Positions 46,859 through 56,590 of a stretch of DNA of 64,000 bases are shown piece after piece. The notes below the pieces were generated by a model. It worked only from the letters and a program-made list of their open reading frames with translations. It was not told the origin of the DNA and ran no database searches. Both the position numbers and the translations under genes were made by a program. Source of the DNA: Minisyncoccota bacterium (GTDB lineage Bacteria; Patescibacteriota; Minisyncoccia; Phycocordibacterales; JABMNX01); contig OZ244961.1 in assembly GCA_965222715.1 (NCBI GenBank), forward strand, positions 548,637 through 612,636, read 5' to 3'. How positions within the stretch are numbered: the first letter of the stretch is position 1; every line of letters starts with the position of its first letter.

Positions 46859-47662
46859 ATGAAACGCCTAAGATTAAAGCAGAAAGTTGAAGTCACTGGA
46901 CGCGACTATTTCGGCCGTCCAGCTTCAATCTCTTTTACTCCTTCAGAAACACCCGGTTGGTTTCTTGAGGGTGGTATACCTATCACTCCTGATATTGTGA
47001 ATCATAGTACCCGCAGAATGGTACTTCAATCAGGATGCGTAACCTTAAACATCTTCGAACACATTGGAGTGCTACGCTATCTCGGCTTGGATGAAGTGAC
47101 TATATCTTCAACTCCATGGCCTCCATACATCACCGCTGGCGAACTGTGGCGCAAGTTACAAGAACACGTGGAAGCTGTGGGAGAAATGGAGTGGGTCTGT
47201 ATGAATTATCCCAAGATGTGTATAGGAGTATGCGACAAGGAAGGTAATCGCTCCACTAAAATGAGTCAAGGAACGGTGGGAAAAATGCAGATTACCATAC
47301 GCATCGACTATAAAAATCTTCCTCATTCAGAACCGCTGAGATGTTCACTTCCATCAGATGAGGGTGAGGCGACACTGCTACACTCCCTTGATGTGGGAAG
47401 TCAGGGGTGGCCACCGAAACTTTACCATCTCTCACGAGTTATCTCTGTTTTTGGTTGGCCACACCACAAATTGATTACCTGGCCTCAAGAACATTCCCCA
47501 CAGGAGACAGTTAGTAGGTTTATGCAACACCGTCTTGTTGACCTGCTTGGCTGTCTTGCGGTCGCATGTCCCCCTGGAAGGCTGCTGTCTGGGAATGTGG
47601 TTTCAGAACAATCAGGCCATAAGGGAGATATCGATCTCATTGGACAAATACAAACTACTTAA
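46859..47662 (+). CDS. LpxC-like (UDP-3-O-acyl-GlcNAc deacetylase fold) protein, divergent
   Basis: L...V..TG..FG..ASISFTP N-terminus, FEH, HRLVDLLG (cf. HKxLDxxGD), SGH. Confidence 0.7.
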   Translation: MKRLRLKQKVEVTGRDYFGRPASISFTPSETPGWFLEGGIPITPDIVNHSTRRMVLQSGCVTLNIFEHIGVLRYLGLDEVTISSTPWPPYITAGELWRKLQEHVEAVGEMEWVCMNYPKMCIGVCDKEGNRSTKMSQGTVGKMQITIRIDYKNLPHSEPLRCSLPSDEGEATLLHSLDVGSQGWPPKLYHLSRVISVFGWPHHKLITWPQEHSPQETVSRFMQHRLVDLLGCLAVACPPGRLLSGNVVSEQSGHKGDIDLIGQIQTT

Positions 47663-47721
47663 CCTAAAACGGTTATTACGGGTCGTCAGTAGAAAGCACA
47701 CTGACGGCCTTTTCTTTTTAA

Positions 47722-47751
47722 ATAAACGCCAAGAGTACTCTTGGCGTTTAT
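47722..47751. repeat. 30-bp perfect palindrome, copy 2
   Basis: Identical to 11892-11921. Confidence 0.9.
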
Positions 47752-47845
47752 TTACGACGTAGAATGAGAGAAATATAAAACCTAAGTTTTATATTTCCGA
47801 GTCGAGGAGTAAATATATTTTATATTTTGGCTTACTAGAGGCACT

Positions 47846-48559
47846 TTAGACACTGAGAATAAACCTCTCCAACGCCACATCAAACTCATGAATGCCTCGC
47901 CGAGCGTCGTGTGAAAGTGAAATGAGAGCTCGCGCTTTTTTTTCGAGCTCTTCTTTTGTGTACTTTTGTATAAACCGTTTTGATTTATTGTAGACGAACG
48001 GGTTGAGACCTGCTTCTTTTGCGTTTTGTGAATGTAGTGAAAGAAGCATACTTTTAACCTGCCAAAAGAGAATACCGTGAATTTCTTCGTCTGCAATATT
48101 AGAAAGTTTTGCTTCCTGGTAGAGCATCCATAGTTTTTTTCTGTCACGTTCACCAAATGCATCAGTAAGAGAAAAGGTATTGAATCGCTCTTTTTTCTTT
48201 TCTGCGATTCCATACTCTGCAACCTTTTTTGCGTGCTTTTCAAATGTACCCACTGTTTTTTTATCAAGTTTTCCTTCAAGCACGAGAAAGACGTGTTCTG
48301 ACTGTGCCATTTCCTTAATAAGCGAGAGGAGTAACTCTTTTGTATCACTATTCTCAAAAAGACGATCAAGTACCACTACATATTTTTGCTCAAACAACCC
48401 TTGCGATGAAATGAGCTCCTCAAGAGAGTGGGTGCCTACATTTTCATCAGTGATATGAAAATATTCAGCATCTGGACGTTTTTCTAAAAGACCACTAAGG
48501 GTTGTGTGGAGCTTTGCTCGTGCAGTGTGTATATCAGTTCCGTAAAAAAGGTAGAGCAT
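47846..48559 (-). CDS. holA: DNA polymerase III delta subunit-like (short)
   Basis: MLYLFYGTD, SQGLF...VV, FSLTDAFGER, GILFWQVK. Confidence 0.7.
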   Translation of the reverse strand: MLYLFYGTDIHTARAKLHTTLSGLLEKRPDAEYFHITDENVGTHSLEELISSQGLFEQKYVVVLDRLFENSDTKELLLSLIKEMAQSEHVFLVLEGKLDKKTVGTFEKHAKKVAEYGIAEKKKERFNTFSLTDAFGERDRKKLWMLYQEAKLSNIADEEIHGILFWQVKSMLLSLHSQNAKEAGLNPFVYNKSKRFIQKYTKEELEKKARALISLSHDARRGIHEFDVALERFILSV

Positions 48560-48563
48560 AGGA

Positions 48564-50990
48564 TTATGTTAATTTCTTCATCTCTCCCCAACTATTTCCT
48601 ACTGAGGCTTCAACTAAAAATGGTATACCTCGTGATTCTTTTTTGGAAATGACTGATTCCATACTATGTTTCATTTCTGGCACCACGCTCTTTACCTTAC
48701 TTTTCTTTACCTCGTATACCAGCTCATCATGCACTTGTAGGAGTAACCGCACGTCATCAAGAAGGTTATTTTTTTCAAGGTATGTATGAATATTCACCGT
48801 TGCAAGTTTAATAATGTCAGCAGTGGTCCCCTGGATTGGCGCGTTAATTGCCATACGCTCAGCTGCTGCTCGAATAAAGGGTACTGACGAACGAATACCC
48901 TCAAAGTAGCGTTTACGACCAAAGTAGGTTTCAGTGTGACCAGTGCGATGCGCGTGCGCTTTCACTCGATCAAGGTAGTGTGCTAGTGTACTAAATTTTT
49001 TAAAGTATTCGTTATAAAACTGTTGTGCCTCTGCTCGGCTCGTTGTCTCTTTTCCTAATTCAGCACGAAGTGCATTCACTCCCATGCCGTAAATAATACC
49101 GAAGTTAATCACCTTGGCTCGTCGTCGCAGCTCACTATCAACCTTATCTGCTGGCAGGTTAAACACTTCGGCGGCAACCTCGGTGTGTACATCACCCCCG
49201 CTCTTAAAAATTTGAGTCAGTTTTTCATCTCCTGAAATAAAAGCAGCAACACGTAAATCTATTTGAGAATAATCGCACGCCACCAACTGAAACCCTTCTT
49301 CTGCGATAAACGCATTTCTAATTCTCCTACCAGATTCGGTTCTAATAGGGATATTTTGTAAGTTTGGGTGCTGTGAGGCCATACGACCTGTCGTGGTTCC
49401 TGTTTGAAGAAACTCAGCATGCAGTCGCCCATCCTCCTCAACCATTTGAGGGATGTTGTCGATGTATGTTGAGAGAAGTTTCTGCAACTCTCGATAAGAA
49501 AGTATGTCATTAATAATAGGGTGGAGTTCTTTCATTTTTTCAAGCTCAGACTCTTTTGTTGATTTCTGTCCCGTGCTTGTCTTTTTCTGATTTTTCACTG
49601 AAAGTCCGAGTTTATCGAAAAGTACTTCTCCAAGCTGTTTTGGTGAATTGATATTAAACTCACCTCCTGCATGTTTGTAGATACGCCGCTCAATCTTACT
49701 GAGTTCTTTATGATACTCCTTTGAAAGTTCTTTGAGGTATTTCACATCAATCTTAATACCTCGTTTTTTCATTTCATTCGTTATGGGAATAAGCGGAAGC
49801 TCAATGGTTTTGTACATGTCCTCAAGCCCTTCTTTTTGCAATTGAGTCTGTATTTTCTTTCGTGCTTGTGTAAAGGAATCTGTGTGTGCGTAGGAGAGCA
49901 TATCATCAAGAGATGGGTTAGTAATATCAGAGCGAAGCAACCAGAGCATAACCGCGGTCTCTTCTAGTTCTTTTGGATCTATTACTTCAGATGTTTTTGC
50001 TTCAGTATCTCCTTCACCTCTAGTTGATTGGGCCTTACCACTTTCACCTCCACCAAAAAGTGACATGAATCGCTCTCTGAGTGTTCTAAATGAAAGTTCA
50101 TCAAACAGTGTAAGCACTTTTTTAGTATCGAGCCCTTCTTGCCACTGTTTTTTAGGAAGCGTGAAGGTTATTGGTGCATCACGTTTAATTTCAGCAAGCA
50201 TCTTTGAAAAAAACGCCTCTTCTTCATTCTCTTGAAGTAACGCTACGATTCGTGGTTTTATACCAACTTTTTCAAACGCAGCAGTATCTTTCTTGAGTAG
50301 TTTATAGATATTCTCAATTGAACCAAATTCTTGTATAAGTGTGGCACCTGTTTTTTCACCAATACCAGGAATGCCGATGATGTTATCTGAAGGATCACCA
50401 CGAAGCCCTTTAAAGTCAGGAAGAAGTTTTGGAGGAAAACCAAATCGCTCAACAACTGCATCTTCGTTATAAAGGACTGTGTCTTGTATACCTTTTCGAA
50501 GGGTGTAAACAGTGACTTTATCACCATCAACAAGCTGGAGAGTATCCATATCTCCTGAAGCAATGATAGTAGTGAGATTTTTCTTTTTCTTTACCTGCTC
50601 AACAATAGTACCGAGCATGTCGTCCGCTTCATATCCTGCTTTTTCATAGATAGGAATATTAAATGCTTTAAATACATCTCGCGATCGGTCGAGTTGTGCA
50701 ACGAGCGCATCGTCTGCTTTCGCCCGACCTGATTTGTATTCTTCGTATACCTCATGACGAAATGTTGGTTCAGGTAAGTCATAACACGCAATAATATAAT
50801 CTGGCTTTAACTCAGGAATCACTTTCATCAACATCGCCACTAAACCATAGAGCGCTCCTGTTGGCTCGCCTTTTTGTGAGGTAAAGTCAGGAAGTGCGTG
50901 GTACGCTCGGTGTAAAATCGCGTGAGCGTCAAGAAGTACCAGTACCTCCTTTTTTGTTTCTTTTTTATTTTTTGAGGCTGCTTTTACCAT
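48564..50990 (-). CDS. polA: DNA polymerase I (5'-3' exonuclease plus polymerase, proofreading domain reduced)
   Basis: LLDAHAILHRAYHA, EADD, GDPSDNI, DYSQIDLR, AKVINFGIIYG, QVHDEL. Confidence 0.96.
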   Translation of the reverse strand: MVKAASKNKKETKKEVLVLLDAHAILHRAYHALPDFTSQKGEPTGALYGLVAMLMKVIPELKPDYIIACYDLPEPTFRHEVYEEYKSGRAKADDALVAQLDRSRDVFKAFNIPIYEKAGYEADDMLGTIVEQVKKKKNLTTIIASGDMDTLQLVDGDKVTVYTLRKGIQDTVLYNEDAVVERFGFPPKLLPDFKGLRGDPSDNIIGIPGIGEKTGATLIQEFGSIENIYKLLKKDTAAFEKVGIKPRIVALLQENEEEAFFSKMLAEIKRDAPITFTLPKKQWQEGLDTKKVLTLFDELSFRTLRERFMSLFGGGESGKAQSTRGEGDTEAKTSEVIDPKELEETAVMLWLLRSDITNPSLDDMLSYAHTDSFTQARKKIQTQLQKEGLEDMYKTIELPLIPITNEMKKRGIKIDVKYLKELSKEYHKELSKIERRIYKHAGGEFNINSPKQLGEVLFDKLGLSVKNQKKTSTGQKSTKESELEKMKELHPIINDILSYRELQKLLSTYIDNIPQMVEEDGRLHAEFLQTGTTTGRMASQHPNLQNIPIRTESGRRIRNAFIAEEGFQLVACDYSQIDLRVAAFISGDEKLTQIFKSGGDVHTEVAAEVFNLPADKVDSELRRRAKVINFGIIYGMGVNALRAELGKETTSRAEAQQFYNEYFKKFSTLAHYLDRVKAHAHRTGHTETYFGRKRYFEGIRSSVPFIRAAAERMAINAPIQGTTADIIKLATVNIHTYLEKNNLLDDVRLLLQVHDELVYEVKKSKVKSVVPEMKHSMESVISKKESRGIPFLVEASVGNSWGEMKKLT

Positions 50991-51005
50991 AACAACATAT
51001 TGTAC

Positions 51006-51464
51006 CTACATCTGTTGAGTCCTTACTTCAATACCACGCACCTCTATATCTTTGCTCTGTGTAGGGTGTGAGAGAGCGATGTTAATAGTGCTCTTGGGAA
51101 GAATATCTGTAACTCGTTCAGCCCATTCTACAGCAATAATGTTTTTGGGATCAGAGACTATATCGTCCCATCCAAGCTGAGTAAGCTCTTTTGAGTCTTC
51201 AATTCGATAGGCATCAATATGGATAAGTTTTTTAAATAATTTATTCTTTTTAGGTAATGCGTATACTTTTTCAATCACAAACGTAGGACTCATGACCGAC
51301 TCTTCTATACCCAATTCTCCTGCAAGAGTCTGAACAAACGTCGTCTTTCCTGCGCCTAAATCGCCATGAAGTGCAAGCACTGTCGCACCAGTTTTTTGTG
51401 GCGTAAGTGATGAGGTAAGCTCTTTCACTTTTTTCTGTAATTGAGATAACGTCACTTCTTCCAT
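51006..51464 (-). CDS. tsaE: tRNA t6A biosynthesis ATPase TsaE
   Basis: GDLGAGKTT, SPTF, HIDAYR, VEWA. Confidence 0.95.
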   Translation of the reverse strand: MEEVTLSQLQKKVKELTSSLTPQKTGATVLALHGDLGAGKTTFVQTLAGELGIEESVMSPTFVIEKVYALPKKNKLFKKLIHIDAYRIEDSKELTQLGWDDIVSDPKNIIAVEWAERVTDILPKSTINIALSHPTQSKDIEVRGIEVRTQQM

Positions 51465-51573
51465 AAAGCTATTTTAGCATGCTCGCCCAAACACTGCTTT
51501 CTGTAATTTTTACTAGCATACACAAAAGAAAAGGCGGCGCGTATGTGCGCCGCCCGAGTTTGGGGAGGTAGAG

Positions 51574-52023
51574 CTAGTCCAAGGACCACGACCACGTTCG
51601 CCGGGTGTACCCCCATGATTCCTCACCGTAGAGTCGCTTGTTGTGGCGACCTTGGGTAACGTTTCTGGGGTACTGCGAACGTACGTTGACGCAGACGATA
51701 CCGCCATAGCAGTCGGAACGGTACCCGCCGCTCATGCGTCGCAGGTTTCGCGTACGCGCTTCTTCAACCTGCGCCCATCGATCGTACGCCACAACCCATC
51801 GCTGAACCGCGGCAGCTTGAGCGTAAGTGAGCTCTTGCTGGTCGAGGCACCGCATAAAGGCGCGTCGGCTGTTGAGATTCATCTCACAAGCCATCACCTC
51901 ATTCTCGATGACCTGAGGCGGGGTTGGCGGAGCGCTCGTCTCCATGGCGCGACTCGCGCACCCGCTAAGGATCGGGAACAAGAGTACCAGAAGTAGCGGC
52001 GTTACTCGGAGAAACTGTTTCAT
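51574..52023 (-). CDS. Hypothetical lipoprotein (GC-rich cassette)
   Basis: Lipobox LSGC; SD AAGGAGG; TTGACT/TATAAT promoter 52093-52122; terminator at about 51533-51555. Confidence 0.7.
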   Translation of the reverse strand: MKQFLRVTPLLLVLLFPILSGCASRAMETSAPPTPPQVIENEVMACEMNLNSRRAFMRCLDQQELTYAQAAAVQRWVVAYDRWAQVEEARTRNLRRMSGGYRSDCYGGIVCVNVRSQYPRNVTQGRHNKRLYGEESWGYTRRTWSWSLD

Positions 52024-52194
52024 CGTACCCTCCTTAAGGGTCTACGTGTACGCATATAAAACGGTCGTACACTGGTGAATTATTCTATGTATATTATATC
52101 ACATAATATACGTATTAGTCAAGTACTTTTTACTCACCTTCTACACTCCTGTGGTTTGTGAGTATTTATAAAAAAGACTACAATTAAGCCACGT

Positions 52195-53850
52195 ATGGCT
52201 ACTTTTAATGAAGAAAATCAGCAAGAACGAGTAGACGAACTTCGTGCCCAAGAAGAAGAGGAACTTGCGCGTATTCTCTCGGGTAAGTACGGGGTGAAGT
52301 ATATTGACCTTTCTCAGGCATCAATTGATACTGATGCGCTACGCCTCATAAAAGAAGAAGATGCACGTGATATTGAGGTTGCAGCGTTTAGTAAGGTGGG
52401 TAAAAAACTGTCTCTTGCTGTAAGAGCACCAAGTAAAAAAGAGGTGCTTGAGGCAGTGAAAGGTCTTGAAAAAATGGGGTATGAGGTAACGGTCTTTATG
52501 GTGTCTCATGCAAGCCTCGAACGTGCTTGGAGTCGATATGAAGACCTCTCCTACTCAACCGAGACCCGCGCTGGGGTACTCGATATTTCAGGAGAGCAAA
52601 TTTCTTCATTAATTAAGACGCTCACCTCTCTTGAAGCGGTTGGTAAAAACATTGAAGAGGTTCTTGGGATGAAGAAAGCGTATCGTATCTCTCGCATTCT
52701 TGAAACAGTCCTTGCTGGAGCACTTGGATTAAAAACGTCAGACGTTCACATTGAACCAGAAGAGGGTAAGGTGCGCTTGCGGTATCGACTTGATGGAGTA
52801 CTCACTGATGTTATTGATTTTGATACTGATACCTACCAACTGCTTCTCTCACGAATAAAACTCCTTTCAGGATTAAAACTAAATGTAAAAAACGCAGCAC
52901 AAGACGGCAGGTTTAGTATTGAGATACATAATAATGATATTGAGATACGAACCTCAATTCTTCCTGGTGCGTATGGAGAATCTATTGTACTTCGTGTACT
53001 TGATCCAAGTGCTATTTCTGTCCCTATGGAAGCACTCGGTATTCCTGAGAACCTACAGACAATTCTTGAGCGAGAAATTAATCGACCAAACGGCATGATC
53101 TTAAACACTGGCCCCACCGGATCAGGAAAAACAACAACACTCTATGCTTTTTTGCGGAAGGTTAACGAACCAGGAATAAAAATTATTACTATTGAAAATC
53201 CAATTGAGTACCACCTAGAAGGGATTGTGCAAACCCAAACAGAAGGAGAGAAGTATACTTTTGCAAGCGGGCTTCGCTCAGCACTTCGGCAAGACCCAGA
53301 CATTATTATGGTTGGTGAGATTCGAGACAGTGAGGTTGCTTCAACTGCTATTAACGCCGCCCTTACGGGACACTTAGTATTTTCAACCCTTCATACAAAC
53401 ACTGCGGCAGGTACCTTCCCCCGCCTCATTGATCTTGGGGTGAACGCAAAAATTATTGGCTCAGCCGTGAATGTAGTTATGGCACAACGACTTGTACGAA
53501 AATTGCGTGATGCACACAAAAAAGAAGTGACCCTTGAAGGAGAGGATAAGCAGAAGGTTGATGAGATACTTGCGTCAATAGAAGATAAAAGTCTGATACC
53601 TGAAAAAACTGATACTATTTTTGAGCCAATAGAAGATTCGCCTGAAGCCTATAGCGGCCGTATTGGTATTTTTGAAGCGATTATTGTTGACGAAGAAATT
53701 GAGCGGCTTATAAAAGAAAATCCAAGCGAGCGAGAAATTGCAACAAATGCAAAACGCCAAGGAATATTGACCATGGCGCAAGATGGAGTACTGAAAGCTT
53801 TACAAGGTGTCACTTCTCTTTCAGAATTAAAACGAGTGATTGAATTGTAA
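52195..53850 (+). CDS. GspE/PilB-family pilus assembly ATPase
   Basis: SDVHIEP, QDGR, GPTGSGKTT, LRQDPD, GEIRD, STLHTN. Confidence 0.93.
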   Translation: MATFNEENQQERVDELRAQEEEELARILSGKYGVKYIDLSQASIDTDALRLIKEEDARDIEVAAFSKVGKKLSLAVRAPSKKEVLEAVKGLEKMGYEVTVFMVSHASLERAWSRYEDLSYSTETRAGVLDISGEQISSLIKTLTSLEAVGKNIEEVLGMKKAYRISRILETVLAGALGLKTSDVHIEPEEGKVRLRYRLDGVLTDVIDFDTDTYQLLLSRIKLLSGLKLNVKNAAQDGRFSIEIHNNDIEIRTSILPGAYGESIVLRVLDPSAISVPMEALGIPENLQTILEREINRPNGMILNTGPTGSGKTTTLYAFLRKVNEPGIKIITIENPIEYHLEGIVQTQTEGEKYTFASGLRSALRQDPDIIMVGEIRDSEVASTAINAALTGHLVFSTLHTNTAAGTFPRLIDLGVNAKIIGSAVNVVMAQRLVRKLRDAHKKEVTLEGEDKQKVDEILASIEDKSLIPEKTDTIFEPIEDSPEAYSGRIGIFEAIIVDEEIERLIKENPSEREIATNAKRQGILTMAQDGVLKALQGVTSLSELKRVIEL

Positions 53851-53890
53851 AATAATAGTGGTACTGTAGCAGTATAGATTTGTGAGTAAA

Positions 53891-54052
53891 AAATCCCGGC
53901 CACAAATCTCTAAACAATACTTTGTGGGACAAAGTCAATCGTGTATTTAAGGATAATCGCAGCGATGCGTACATAATATACGCGACCACAATGTCCTCAA
54001 TATCAATTCAAAGCGTGGAGCTTAATTGTTTAGAGATTTATAGCCAGGATTT
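53891..54052. ncRNA. Candidate structured RNA or long hairpin between PilB-like gene and ruvB
   Basis: About 27-bp imperfect closing stem aaatcccggccacaaatctctaaacaat / attgtttagagatttatagccaggattt enclosing about 105 nt with smaller hairpins. Confidence 0.35.
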
Positions 54053-54147
54053 ATGAGAAATTTCCTGGGTGTAAGGATGTAAAGAAAAATTCAAGCAAAA
54101 AACCACTCGTTTGTGGTCCATAGGTATACTAACATAAATAAAAGTGT

Positions 54148-55182
54148 ATGTCAACTCCTTCTAACGAACCGCTCTCACACCCTAAAGAAACTTCAGAGGA
54201 GTTCTCTGATAAAGCATTTCTTGATCAAACTCTTCGGCCACACAGTTGGGATGAGTATATTGGGCAAGAACACGTAAAAGATAACTTGCATATACTTCTT
54301 ACTGCAGCTAAAGAGCGTGCACACCCACCTGAACATGTTCTTTTTTATGGGCCACCTGGGCTTGGTAAAACAACACTTGCTCACCTTATTGCAAAAGAGA
54401 CACAGTCACAGATAAAAATAACTTCGGGTCCAGCAATTGAACGAGTTGGAGACCTTGCTTCAATTCTAACCAACCTCTCCCCTGGCGACATACTGTTTAT
54501 TGATGAAATACATCGCCTTAATAAAACAATTGAAGAAGTGCTCTATCCCGCTATGGAGTCAGGTGCATTGGATATTATTATCGGCAAAGGTCCCTCAGCG
54601 AGAACCATACAGCTTGAGTTGCCACAATTTACGCTTATTGCTGCAACAACCCGCGCATCACTTCTCTCTGCCCCTCTTCGTTCACGCTTCTCTGGTGGAA
54701 CCTTCAGGCTTAACTACTACACACAGGATGAGATTAAAGAAATTTTGAAACGTTCAGCACAGATACTACACGCTGAGGTTGATGATGAAGGATTAAAAGA
54801 AATTGCAAAAAGAAGTCGCTTTACACCTCGTACCGCAAACTTCTTACTAAAACGATGTCGTGACTTTGCGCAAGTGAAGAAAATGCCCCTTAATAAAGAT
54901 GCGGTTGACCAAGCACTTGCTCTTCTTCAAATTGATTCACTTGGTCTCAATCAAGCAGATAGAGCACTACTTGAAGTGATTATAAAGAAATTTAATGGTG
55001 GTCCCGTTGGATTAAGTACTATTGCAGCTGCAACTTCAGAAGAACAGGGAACTGTCGAGGAGGTGTATGAACCCTATCTCATCCAGTGCGGACTTCTTGA
55101 ACGAACACCACGGGGTCGTGTGGCAACCGAGAGAGCGTATGAACACCTAGGAGAAAAGCCAACGCACGGACAATTACTATAA
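54148..55182 (+). CDS. ruvB: Holliday junction helicase RuvB
   Basis: [32 protein letters not shown]. Confidence 0.98.
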   Translation: MSTPSNEPLSHPKETSEEFSDKAFLDQTLRPHSWDEYIGQEHVKDNLHILLTAAKERAHPPEHVLFYGPPGLGKTTLAHLIAKETQSQIKITSGPAIERVGDLASILTNLSPGDILFIDEIHRLNKTIEEVLYPAMESGALDIIIGKGPSARTIQLELPQFTLIAATTRASLLSAPLRSRFSGGTFRLNYYTQDEIKEILKRSAQILHAEVDDEGLKEIAKRSRFTPRTANFLLKRCRDFAQVKKMPLNKDAVDQALALLQIDSLGLNQADRALLEVIIKKFNGGPVGLSTIAAATSEEQGTVEEVYEPYLIQCGLLERTPRGRVATERAYEHLGEKPTHGQLL

Positions 55183-55198
55183 CTAATAGGATAACTGT

Positions 55199-55738
55199 AT
55201 GGCAGGTCATAATAAGTGGTCTAAAATTAAACATAAGAAAGCAGCAACTGATGCTCAGAAGAGTAAAATTTTTGGTAAGCATGCCAGTTTAATAGCTATG
55301 GAGTCACGAAAAGCTGGTGGTGATGTCCGCGCACCAGGACTTGCTGCAGCTATTGAACGAGCAAAAAAGGATTCTATGCCAAAGGACAACATTGACCGAG
55401 CAGTTGCGAAAGGAAGTGGGGCTTCTGGTGCTTCTTTTGAGGAGGTAATTTTTGAAGCGTTTGGCCCTGGAGGAACTGCACTGGTGGTAACTGCGGTAAC
55501 TGACAATAACAACCGCACCGCACCTGAAATACGACACATTTTTACTAAAAAAGGGTTCCAGCTTGGCACACCAGGTTCAGCACTATGGGCATTTACTAAA
55601 ACTGCTGATGGGTACATCCCCAATAACCCTGTTGAGCTCACCGACGCAGATGGAGAAAAACTTTCAGGACTTGTTGAAGCGCTTTTAGAGCAAGATGATG
55701 TGCAAGATGTGTATACCACAGCTGATACAGTAGAATAG
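55199..55738 (+). CDS. yebC: YebC/PmpR-family protein (short form)
   Basis: MAGHNKWSKIKHKK, TDNNNRT, DDVQDVY. Confidence 0.93.
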   Translation: MAGHNKWSKIKHKKAATDAQKSKIFGKHASLIAMESRKAGGDVRAPGLAAAIERAKKDSMPKDNIDRAVAKGSGASGASFEEVIFEAFGPGGTALVVTAVTDNNNRTAPEIRHIFTKKGFQLGTPGSALWAFTKTADGYIPNNPVELTDADGEKLSGLVEALLEQDDVQDVYTTADTVE

Positions 55739-55742
55739 TGGT

Positions 55743-56225
55743 ATGCGAATTCTAGCAATTGATCCAGGGTATGAACGAATGGGTGTAGCAATTATTGAGC
55801 TTTCTACAAAAGGCAACGAGCTTCTCTATTCAGATTGTATTCGTACAAATCCAAAAGACACTTTTAGCGTACGACTACTTGCTATTGGAAACGAGATTGA
55901 GCGATTAATTACTGAGTACACACCAACCGTTCTCGCTACTGAAGAGTTATATTTCAATACCAATCAAAAAACTGGGATTAAAGTTGCCGAAGTTCGTGGA
56001 GTTATTATATTTCTCTCTCAAAAACATAATCTCTCCTACTACCAATACTCCCCACTTCAGATTAAAAACGCAGTAACCGGGTATGGTAAGAGCACCAAGC
56101 ACCAAGTCGCAAAAATGGTACCGCAACTTATAGTTATGCATAAGCCTAATGCCCTTGATGATGAGTATGATGCTGTTGCTATTGGGCTCACCTGTGCAGC
56201 TTCAGAGCGCTTTACTGTGGGCTAA
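55743..56225 (+). CDS. ruvC: Holliday junction resolvase RuvC
   Basis: ILAIDPG, EELYF, TGYG.STK.QV, DDEYDAVA. Confidence 0.95.
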   Translation: MRILAIDPGYERMGVAIIELSTKGNELLYSDCIRTNPKDTFSVRLLAIGNEIERLITEYTPTVLATEELYFNTNQKTGIKVAEVRGVIIFLSQKHNLSYYQYSPLQIKNAVTGYGKSTKHQVAKMVPQLIVMHKPNALDDEYDAVAIGLTCAASERFTVG

Positions 56226-56376
56226 TTATCTATACACACATTATCCACACACCAGTATTTTTATGATTGAAAAACCAGTGTGTTTTGATACAACTATAGG
56301 GTCACATGAACGTCCACAGCACACAGCTCTATGATGTTTATGGGTCGGATTAGTATTCGTATAACAATAGAATAAT

Positions 56377-56529
56377 ATGGTGTACTTTTACGATGAAGAT
56401 GAAATGATGAACGATGATGAAGACATGGGAGGAATGGATGATGATTCAGAAAACGATGACGATATGGATGAAATGAGTGATGACGACGACATGGACATGG
56501 ATAGTGGCGACATGGACGACGAAGAGTAG
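56377..56529 (+). CDS. 50-aa hyperacidic, Met-rich microprotein (not in ORF track)
   Basis: MVYFYDEDEMMNDDEDMGGMDDDSENDDDMDEMSDDDDMDMDSGDMDDEE*, followed by a strong hairpin. Confidence 0.65.
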   Translation: MVYFYDEDEMMNDDEDMGGMDDDSENDDDMDEMSDDDDMDMDSGDMDDEE

Positions 56530-56535
56530 TCATTC

Positions 56536-56582
56536 TTAAAAACAAAAAACAGCTCAACCACTCGAGCTGTTTTTTGTTTTTA
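56536..56582. terminator. Bidirectional terminator between microprotein and tyrS
   Basis: aaaaacaaaaaacagctc-aaccactc-gagctgttttttgttttt. Confidence 0.75.
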
Positions 56583-56590
56583 GGAGTAAT

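Noticed and set aside
47782-48369. 195-aa alternative-frame ORF overlapping holA
   Set aside because: Same-strand frame shadow with no recognisable motifs.
48564-50990. PolA lacking a full proofreading domain; short YebC and HolA
   Set aside because: Consistent with ordinary reduction in small genomes; not novel.
56241-56249. Isolated DnaA box TTATCCACA after ruvC as a second origin
   Set aside because: A single perfect box near the origin region is unremarkable; the dnaA-flanking regions are the better oriC candidates.
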